A program made the position numbers and the translations under genes. A stretch of DNA of 64,000 bases from a virus (taxonomy: Duplodnaviria > Caudoviricetes): positions 64,001 to 128,000 of IMG/VR virus record IMGVR_UViG_3300046820_001270. One strand, given 5' to 3'. The first letter of the stretch is position 1, and each line of letters begins with the position of its first letter. Positions 1-7,771 of the stretch are shown piece after piece. The notes below the pieces were generated by a model. The model was not told the origin of the DNA, made no database searches, and was given only the letters and a program-made list of their open reading frames with translations.

Positions 1-2
1 AT

Positions 3-863
3 GATGATGCTAATATAGTAAATAATAGATGGAATGTTATCAGAAGTATTGATATATTATATGGTGGTGAATTAGATGTTTTAAATATGGGATCATATAA
101 AACATCCGTATTTGTTGATGTAGATGCGTGGGCGGATGAATATGAATCAGATGGTACTACACTCACTAAAAAAAGTAGATATACATGGGTAAATAAGCCA
201 GTGTACAATACAGGTGATTTTAATTATCATACAAATGGTGAATCATTAGTATTGGGTAGTGATGGGACATTATTAAATTTAAATAATTTACAAATCGGTA
301 ACCCAATAGCGTCGGTTAATTTTACAGACGAAGACGGATTATCACCAAATTCATACGATGCAGATAGTTTTAGAACTCCACATAGACAATGGGGTAGTAC
401 AATAGAACAAGCACAATCAACTTTAACTAATACCCCATCGGAAGTATTAGATATAACATCAAAAACAGTTTCAGAAATAATGTTAAAAATAACATTAGAA
501 AATGGAGTTAGTTGGAATGAACCAAGAGATACAATTTACTTAATCCAAGCTGCAAATTCAAATGTTACTCATTTTGACAGATTAAATACGGTAGAAATTG
601 GAGATAAAATGGTTACTTATAATAAAACTACATTAGAATTATCAACTTTAGTAATTACAGGGATTGAAATAGTATATGATGAGATCATCGGATACAATAT
701 AAATATTCAACCATCGGATCTATTTTTAGTTGATGTAACTACCGATTTATTTGTGGTACAACATAATTATAGTTGTGACTTTTGCGGTTGGTACTCTTGT
801 GGTGATTATTTTTGTAGCTATAACTGTCCTGGATGTAATCAAGGACTTCCCCCTAAAGTTTAA
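3..863 (+). CDS. Hint (intein-like) domain protein with C-terminal six-cysteine peptide; 5'-truncated by window edge
   Basis: Frame open from position 3 (DDANIVNNRW...). Hint block-A-like HTNGESLVLGSDG...LQIGNPI from 228 and block-G-like VVQHN (CAT AAT 762-767), then 31 aa with 6 Cys. Confidence 0.7.
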   Translation, partial: DDANIVNNRWNVIRSIDILYGGELDVLNMGSYKTSVFVDVDAWADEYESDGTTLTKKSRYTWVNKPVYNTGDFNYHTNGESLVLGSDGTLLNLNNLQIGNPIASVNFTDEDGLSPNSYDADSFRTPHRQWGSTIEQAQSTLTNTPSEVLDITSKTVSEIMLKITLENGVSWNEPRDTIYLIQAANSNVTHFDRLNTVEIGDKMVTYNKTTLELSTLVITGIEIVYDEIIGYNINIQPSDLFLVDVTTDLFVVQHNYSCDFCGWYSCGDYFCSYNCPGCNQGLPPKV

Positions 864-890
864 ATTAAATATAAAATTAAATAAAAAATT

Positions 891-1034
891 ATGCAAGAAT
901 TACCTTTAACGAAATTAGAAAGACCAAATCAACACATTAAGGTTCAAATCAATTCACTTTCAACTGATTTAAAAAATAAAGTTAAAGTTGCGGTTCAAGA
1001 AGTTGTAACTAAGATTAAAGAAAAACATCTTTAA
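891..1034 (+). CDS. 47-aa hypothetical protein (not in ORF track)
   Basis: ATG 891 after A-rich leader, MQELPLTKLERP...KIKEKHL, TAA 1032-1034; fills the gap between co-oriented genes. Confidence 0.7.
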   Translation: MQELPLTKLERPNQHIKVQINSLSTDLKNKVKVAVQEVVTKIKEKHL

Positions 1035-1048
1035 TATATTGATGCATT

Positions 1049-1891
1049 ATGAAATTATTTGCATTTGGTGATAGCTGGACTGCCGGCCAAGGCTGTAATT
1101 TAAAAGTAGAGAATAGTTTTACCGATGAAAATGAACGAAAGATATATAGAAATAGTATGTCTTGGCCTAAATATTTATCCGAACATTTAAATGTAGATTT
1201 TGAAAATTTAAGTAAATCTGGATCATCCAATAAAGAAATTTTTGACACTATTATTGAAACCATCAAATCGAACATCATAAAAGATAATGATTTGGTGGTT
1301 ATTATGTGGAGTTCGTCGTTAAGAGATAATACTCCCTTTTTTCCAAATGGAGAATGTCACATTTGGGGCAAAACTCATATAGAAAACAAATGGAAATTTA
1401 ATTGGATTATAAACTCAATTAGAAATTCAAAAGGAGAGTTAAAACACGAATCTGATTTAAAATATAATCATTTTTTAAAATCTTATAAACAATTTTACAT
1501 TGATGACTTATATAACGATTCATACTATAACATAGTAAATCAAAATTACATTCTATTCATTCAAAAATTATTAGAATCGTATAATATTAATTATGTTTTT
1601 TGTGATGCGTTTGATTTTATGATCACTAAAAACATAAAGATTGATTTAGATAAAACACATTTTATTAATAAATCCAATTATTATAAATTTGGAGAAGTAA
1701 CAGCTAAAGACTTTTTAATTTCATTAGACCCAACTGATTCGGATTTATGGGAGGACTCTTCAAAATGGACAAATATATCCGGAAAACACCCAAATGCAAA
1801 AGGATATCAAAAAATATCTGATGAATTATACGATTTTATAATAAAATCAAATATTATAAAAAAGAACAAATCAATAATTAAAATGTTATAA
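1049..1891 (+). CDS. SGNH/GDSL hydrolase-family protein
   Basis: FGDSWT, NLSKSGSSN and C-terminal HPNAKG motifs. Confidence 0.8.
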   Translation: MKLFAFGDSWTAGQGCNLKVENSFTDENERKIYRNSMSWPKYLSEHLNVDFENLSKSGSSNKEIFDTIIETIKSNIIKDNDLVVIMWSSSLRDNTPFFPNGECHIWGKTHIENKWKFNWIINSIRNSKGELKHESDLKYNHFLKSYKQFYIDDLYNDSYYNIVNQNYILFIQKLLESYNINYVFCDAFDFMITKNIKIDLDKTHFINKSNYYKFGEVTAKDFLISLDPTDSDLWEDSSKWTNISGKHPNAKGYQKISDELYDFIIKSNIIKKNKSIIKML

Positions 1892-2436
1892 TGGAATTTT
1901 CAATAAATAAATTTTTTGACAAAGAAGAGTGTAATTCCATATTAGAATATGTGGATGGTATAGGTGTGCCATTTTCTTATAACCCAAACGAAACATGGGA
2001 TTGTAAAAGAATATATGATGAAAGTTTTAAAACGAATATTCTTAACAGATTAATATTGAATTACGAAAAAAATAAATTTAAATTATGGTTTGATTTAAAT
2101 GAGTTTGACATAAAAGATATTAATGTTAGTTTAACAAAATATTATGACGGTAGATGGTTAGATTTGCATTTAGACTCCACATCTCAATTCACATCTGTTA
2201 TAATATTAACAGATGAATTTGACGATGGTAGATTTGCATTGTCAAATACATATGAAGATATTAATAATACCGAAAAATATCATTTAGATATTGGACAATC
2301 AATATCATTTGACGGTAGTAAAATTTATCACGGAGTAATGCCAGTTAAAAAAGGTTTAAGATGTGCATTAAATATATGGACAACTAATACCGATTTTAAA
2401 TATAGACCTTTAAAAAATAATAAAAGTATTATATGA
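1891..2436 (+). CDS. 2OG-Fe(II) oxygenase (prolyl-4-hydroxylase-like)
   Basis: HLD ... YHGVMPV ... R facial triad and 2OG-binding Arg. Confidence 0.85.
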   Translation: MEFSINKFFDKEECNSILEYVDGIGVPFSYNPNETWDCKRIYDESFKTNILNRLILNYEKNKFKLWFDLNEFDIKDINVSLTKYYDGRWLDLHLDSTSQFTSVIILTDEFDDGRFALSNTYEDINNTEKYHLDIGQSISFDGSKIYHGVMPVKKGLRCALNIWTTNTDFKYRPLKNNKSII

Positions 2437-3086
2437 GAATAGCAATAGTGTGTAATGGTAGGAGCGGATCTAGCTCAATGATTAATTATATAAATTGTTG
2501 TTTGTTAAACGAATATAAAAAATATAACATTTTTTTTGAACCATTTAATTATCTGAACATCGACGCGTCCGGTAAACTAAAAGTAATTGATGAAATAGTA
2601 AATAAAAAAGATGTGTTATTGAAAACCTTCATAGATAATGATAATTATCCATATGAATCATTCGATAATATTGAACAATATTGGGAATGGGTATATTCAT
2701 TTTTTGATAAAATAATAGTATTAGAAAGAAAAAATAAAAGATTACAAGCGGAATCGTTAGTTTATCATATTAGAATATCTAAAAACAGAACTGTATCACC
2801 ACGTTGGCTTAAACCTAAATACTATGATTTAAACGAATTAGATGAACAACATATAATAGATTTAACAAAACATTTGGAATCTGAATCTTTAGTTTTAAAA
2901 TCAATTTCAAATAAAGGATACCCATTATTTTATTATGAGGATATATTTGTGGACAAAGATATTGAAACAATAAAACGTTTAAACGAATATTGTGAGATAG
3001 AGTATAATCAAATATGTATTGATGAATGGATTAATTCACCATATAAAAAAGTAAGAATAGAAACAAAATCTAATAAATTAATATGA
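2433..3086 (+). CDS. sulfotransferase-like protein
   Basis: N-terminal RSGSS 5'-phosphosulfate loop, EPF motif, LERKN, YYEDIF. Confidence 0.6.
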   Translation: MRIAIVCNGRSGSSSMINYINCCLLNEYKKYNIFFEPFNYLNIDASGKLKVIDEIVNKKDVLLKTFIDNDNYPYESFDNIEQYWEWVYSFFDKIIVLERKNKRLQAESLVYHIRISKNRTVSPRWLKPKYYDLNELDEQHIIDLTKHLESESLVLKSISNKGYPLFYYEDIFVDKDIETIKRLNEYCEIEYNQICIDEWINSPYKKVRIETKSNKLI

Positions 3087-3607
3087 AAATTTTAATAATC
3101 GCATTACCAAGAACAGGTTCTACAAGTTTAGGGGAACTGCAGACCAAAAAACACAATATAAAAAAATATTTATTTGAACCATTTAATCCAAAAAATACTG
3201 AAAGATATAATTCTAACGAAAGTAATGTTGTAGTTAAAACACTTGTATTTCAAATTTTAGAGGACATTAAAGAAGAAAATAGAATTGAATGGTTGATAAA
3301 TTTAACAAAAGAATTTGATGAGGTTATTTTATTGACAAGAAAAGATTTAGTAGCTTGTGGAGAAAGTTGGGCGTATTTAAATTATTTTCACGAAACAAAA
3401 AAGTTTATGTATTATGAGAATTATTTATGGAAATCAACTCCATATGATACATCAGCATATAATCAAATACTTTCATTTAATGAAGATTTAAAATTTATTT
3501 CCAAAAGTATAAATGTACCTATAACATATTATGAAGATATTTTTGACATAAACGGAGAAGGAAGATTAAGAAAAGGTAATAGAACAAATACATTAAATAT
3601 TATATAA
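3083..3607 (+). CDS. sulfotransferase-like protein (paralog of preceding gene)
   Basis: PRTGSTS loop, FEPFN, LTRKD, YYEDIF shared with upstream gene. Confidence 0.6.
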   Translation: MKILIIALPRTGSTSLGELQTKKHNIKKYLFEPFNPKNTERYNSNESNVVVKTLVFQILEDIKEENRIEWLINLTKEFDEVILLTRKDLVACGESWAYLNYFHETKKFMYYENYLWKSTPYDTSAYNQILSFNEDLKFISKSINVPITYYEDIFDINGEGRLRKGNRTNTLNII

Positions 3608-4671
3608 TGATTAATTTAAATGAATATGTTTGTACCGTACCGTTTACATCAATGGAAATACATGATGAATCATATTTTCTTTGTTGTGCTAGTTGGTTAA
3701 CAAAATACTTACCGAAAAATCAGCCAATGGATGGTATGTGGAATTCGGAAGAATCTATTGATATAAGAAAATCGGTAATGGATGGAACATATCGTAATTG
3801 TGATAAAACACAATGTCCATATCTGTCACAGTTAATTAACTTAAATAATAAGAGTTTAGGACCTATTAAACATATAAATGAATTACCCGAAGACATAAAA
3901 AAATATGTAAACGAACAAAATGGTATTATGGAAACTGGACCGAAAATAGTTCACATGTCATTTGATAGAAGTTGTAATTTAAAATGTCCATCATGTAGAA
4001 TAGAATCTATAATGGCAAATGGTGAAAAATTAGAAAAAATAGATATAACAATTGAAAAAATGGAGGAGTTATATTCCAACTCGATTGAAACAATTTATTG
4101 TTCTGGGACGGCGGATCCATTTGCTTCTAAATCGTATAGAAATTATCTTAAAAATTTTAATTTTAAAAAATATCCAAATTTAAAATATATTCATCTACAT
4201 ACAAATGCAACTTTATGGGATGAGAAAATGTGGGAAGAAATGAAAAATATACATCCATATGTTAAAACTTGTGAAATAAGTATAGATGCCGCGAGAAAAG
4301 AAACATATGAAAATGTAACTAGATTAGGTGGAAATTGGGATAAATTAATATCAAATTTAAAATTTATATCAACAATAAAAAGTTTAACAAGTGTTAAGTG
4401 TTCATTTGTTGTTCAACAAAGCAATTATACCGAAATGACTGAATTTTTAGAACTAATACATGATATTTTTGGTATGAAAACAAAAGTGTTTTTTGGTAAA
4501 ATAACAAATTGGGGAACTTTTAGTGATGGACAATATAAATTATTAAAAGTGTGGGACAATAGTCATCCCGAGTTTAATCTATTTTTAGAAGAGTTTAAAA
4601 AAGTGGCATTAAATCCATTTGTATTTCATAATATGTATGAATTATTGGACAATAAAAAGTCTTTAATATAA
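3607..4671 (+). CDS. radical SAM protein with N-terminal SPASM/twitch-like Cys cluster
   Basis: CNLKCPSC (CxxxCxxC), GTADPF, TNAT, SIDA; N-terminal C...CC...C...C. Confidence 0.9.
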   Translation: MINLNEYVCTVPFTSMEIHDESYFLCCASWLTKYLPKNQPMDGMWNSEESIDIRKSVMDGTYRNCDKTQCPYLSQLINLNNKSLGPIKHINELPEDIKKYVNEQNGIMETGPKIVHMSFDRSCNLKCPSCRIESIMANGEKLEKIDITIEKMEELYSNSIETIYCSGTADPFASKSYRNYLKNFNFKKYPNLKYIHLHTNATLWDEKMWEEMKNIHPYVKTCEISIDAARKETYENVTRLGGNWDKLISNLKFISTIKSLTSVKCSFVVQQSNYTEMTEFLELIHDIFGMKTKVFFGKITNWGTFSDGQYKLLKVWDNSHPEFNLFLEEFKKVALNPFVFHNMYELLDNKKSLI

Positions 4672-4707
4672 ATTGACATTTTAATATATTTTCATTATAT
4701 TATACCA

Positions 4708-7700
4708 ATGAAAATACTTGCACATACATGTTTTATCGGAGTCACAGGATATGCTAACCACGCAAAGTCCTTTTTTTGTGCTCTGAACAAATACCATACA
4801 GTTAAAGTTAGGAACTCAACAATCGGAAGTGGTTGGAAGGGGATGAATAACACACCTCACGATGATGAACCATATATCACCGATGAGATGAAGGATATGT
4901 TAATTCTACAAACCCTAATCAATGGTGATGGTAGTAGATCTCATTTACCTATGTATGGTTATAAGAATGATTTTAAACCTGATGTTCATATTGTATTGGT
5001 GGATATGAACAACTATTATTTTCACGAGAATTACGATGGATATAAGATAGCATATAACGTTTGGGAATCAACACGTTATCCGCAAGATTTCTTTAAAAGA
5101 TTAATGTACTTTGATGAAGTATGGGTACCAACACAATGGCAATTTGATTGTTTGGTTGAACAGGGTTATCCTAAGTCTAAAATATCAATAGTTCCTGAGG
5201 GAGTTGATGTGGGGACATTTAAACCATTAAGTAAGATACCAAAGAAGGACAAATTTAGGTTCTTACATTTTGGTAGATGGGATTATAGAAAAGGAACTAC
5301 AGAGGTTTTAAGGACATTTGGTGAGGTTTTTAAAGGTAGAACTGATGTTGAATTAATCGCGTCAGTTGAAAACCCATACGCGTATGACGGAATTAAAACA
5401 ACCGAAGAAAGAGTTAAGTACCATAATATTAACGACGAGAATATAAAGTTTATTAAGTTCACACCAAGAGAGGAATATGTGAAGTATCTACAAGAAGGTG
5501 ACGTGTTCGTTACTTGTGCCCGTAGTGAAGGGTGGAACTTACCGTTGATTGAATCGATGGCTTGCGGAACACCATCATTATATTCAAATTGGGGAGGTCA
5601 GTTAGAATTTGCGGAAGGTAACGGTGTTCCCGTTAAGATAGATGGTTTAAGACCCGCAAATGTAGAACATAAACATTTTCCTGGTGAATATTGTGAACCA
5701 GATTGGAAAGATTTGGGAGAACAAATGTTAAATGTAATGAATGATTATAAAAAGTTTAAATCATTCGCAATAGAAGAATCAAAAGAAATTCATATAGATT
5801 TCAATTGGGATAAAATAGCAAAAACAGCATCAAATATATTAATGGAAAAGAAAACAATTAGAGAAGATGATTTTTATAAATCAGGAAAATTCTACACAGA
5901 TGTAGATGTATTAGAAAATTTAGGAGACATTAAAGACTACCAAGGAGGAACACTTGAAGTGGCGAATAAGTTTGGTTGGCCAAGAGCAATATATCATGAG
6001 ATTTATAATTTAATGGATTACTATAAGCGTCCAAATAATGACAAAAGAATTTACGATGGTGATGTTGTTGTTGATTTAGGTGGGAATATAGGAATTTTTA
6101 ATAGATGGGCATATAGTCAAGGTGCGTCTAAAGTAATTTCATTTGAACCAGATAGAAGATATTTTGAACTATTATCTAAAAATGCAGATCCCCGTTCTAT
6201 TTTATATAATGGAGCCGTTGCCGACGAGGTTGGTGAGATGGTTCTTTCTGAAACAGGTCATCTCGGTGGATCTACATTACTTGAAACAGAAGAAATGACA
6301 AACACATACACAGTTAAAACATATACATTAAATTATTTGTTTGAAACTGGTGTAGTAAATAAAATAGATTTTTTAAAGATGGATATTGAAGGTGCCGAGC
6401 ATCATGCGTTTTTAGGAATATCAGATGAAAATTTATTAAAAGTTAGGAACATCTCAATGGAGTATCATCATAATTTATTGGGACACAATGTTGAACTGAG
6501 AGAAAGTTTAATTCAAAGAATGTCAAGATTAGGATTTAGTCATTATACTCTGTTTATGGGCGGAAACGATAATTTACAGATGTTATATTTTGAAAGAAAA
6601 GAAAAATCAATTAGAAAATCTAATATTCATTTTGTTGATGGTCCATTTGCTGAAGTGAACGAAGACGTGGAACATTTATACAATGTTCAATTTATTGATG
6701 GAGACACCGGTAAAATTGAATATGAAACGAATATCAAGAGTAATCATTGGACAAGAGCATCTAAAAAATATTATGTTAATTGGATTGTAAAAATTAAAGG
6801 TATTGATAATGATTTTTATAGAGAAGAGAAATTTAATCCACAAGGACAAAGAATTATGATTTGTTTTGAATCAAAATCGTTAGGTGATAGTTTAGCTTGG
6901 ATCCCATATGTAGAAGAATTTAGAGTTAAAAATAATTGCCAAGTTATTTGTTCAACATTTAAAAATGATTTATTTAAAGGACAATACCCTGAAATTGAGT
7001 TTGTTGAACCTGGAACGGGAGTTAATAATATATATGGTTTATTTAGATTGGGGTTATTTCAAGACGATGAAAGAAAAATAAAATATGATAAACACCCATC
7101 TAACCCAAGGGTAGAACCTTTAGGTAAAATGGCTTCAGACATATTAGGACTTGAATTTGAGGAGATAAGACCAAAATTACCAAAATTTAACAAAAAGAAA
7201 ACAAAGAGAGTTTGTATAGCCATACATTCAACTGCTCAGGCAAAATATTGGAATAATCCAATAGGATGGCAACAGGTTGTTACCCATTTAAAGAAAAAGG
7301 GATATGAAGTTAGATTATTATCAAGGGAAGAGGATGGTTATATGGGAAATAAAAATCCACAGGGTGTTAAACAACAAAAACCAGGACCGATTGAGAAAGT
7401 TATTGAAGTTCTAGAAGAATCTGAGTTGTTTATAGGTATTGGAAGTGGTTTAAGTTGGTTGGCATGGTCAGTAGGTGTACCATGTATTATTATATCGGGA
7501 TTTAGTGAAGAATATAGTGAACCTATGTCGGGAGTATCAAGACTTATTAATAAGGATGTGTGTCATGGATGTTGGAATGTATACGATTTTAATCCGGGGG
7601 ATTGGAATTGGTGCCCCGTTCATAAAGACACTAAACGACAATTCGAATGTTCAAAATCAATCAAAGGGGACGATGTAATAAAAGAAATCGAAAAACTTCT

Positions 7701-7710
7701 ACCAATTTAG
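4708..7710 (+). CDS. three-domain fusion: GT4 glycosyltransferase + FkbM-type methyltransferase + AAH/TibC-like autotransporter heptosyltransferase
   Basis: GT4 EGWNLPLIESMACG; FkbM DLGGNIG...FEP...KMDIEGAE; BAHT-like FESKSLGDSLAW...GIGSGLSWLAW and four-Cys CHGC...WCP...FEC. Confidence 0.85.
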   Translation: MKILAHTCFIGVTGYANHAKSFFCALNKYHTVKVRNSTIGSGWKGMNNTPHDDEPYITDEMKDMLILQTLINGDGSRSHLPMYGYKNDFKPDVHIVLVDMNNYYFHENYDGYKIAYNVWESTRYPQDFFKRLMYFDEVWVPTQWQFDCLVEQGYPKSKISIVPEGVDVGTFKPLSKIPKKDKFRFLHFGRWDYRKGTTEVLRTFGEVFKGRTDVELIASVENPYAYDGIKTTEERVKYHNINDENIKFIKFTPREEYVKYLQEGDVFVTCARSEGWNLPLIESMACGTPSLYSNWGGQLEFAEGNGVPVKIDGLRPANVEHKHFPGEYCEPDWKDLGEQMLNVMNDYKKFKSFAIEESKEIHIDFNWDKIAKTASNILMEKKTIREDDFYKSGKFYTDVDVLENLGDIKDYQGGTLEVANKFGWPRAIYHEIYNLMDYYKRPNNDKRIYDGDVVVDLGGNIGIFNRWAYSQGASKVISFEPDRRYFELLSKNADPRSILYNGAVADEVGEMVLSETGHLGGSTLLETEEMTNTYTVKTYTLNYLFETGVVNKIDFLKMDIEGAEHHAFLGISDENLLKVRNISMEYHHNLLGHNVELRESLIQRMSRLGFSHYTLFMGGNDNLQMLYFERKEKSIRKSNIHFVDGPFAEVNEDVEHLYNVQFIDGDTGKIEYETNIKSNHWTRASKKYYVNWIVKIKGIDNDFYREEKFNPQGQRIMICFESKSLGDSLAWIPYVEEFRVKNNCQVICSTFKNDLFKGQYPEIEFVEPGTGVNNIYGLFRLGLFQDDERKIKYDKHPSNPRVEPLGKMASDILGLEFEEIRPKLPKFNKKKTKRVCIAIHSTAQAKYWNNPIGWQQVVTHLKKKGYEVRLLSREEDGYMGNKNPQGVKQQKPGPIEKVIEVLEESELFIGIGSGLSWLAWSVGVPCIIISGFSEEYSEPMSGVSRLINKDVCHGCWNVYDFNPGDWNWCPVHKDTKRQFECSKSIKGDDVIKEIEKLLPI

Positions 7711-7742
7711 AGATATTTTTTATTTAATTTGAAAATTCAAAG

Positions 7743-7749
7743 TATTTAT
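7743..7749 (+). promoter_or_regulatory. putative late-promoter motif TATTTAT
   Basis: Upstream of tail fibre ATG 7772; same motif precedes about 14 virion-type genes. Confidence 0.5.
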
Positions 7750-7771
7750 ATGAGTATAACAATATAACCAT

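Noticed and set aside
228-767. Canonical splicing intein
   Set aside because: No Cys/Ser at the first position, Tyr at +1 and no homing endonuclease; treated as a cleavage-only Hint domain.
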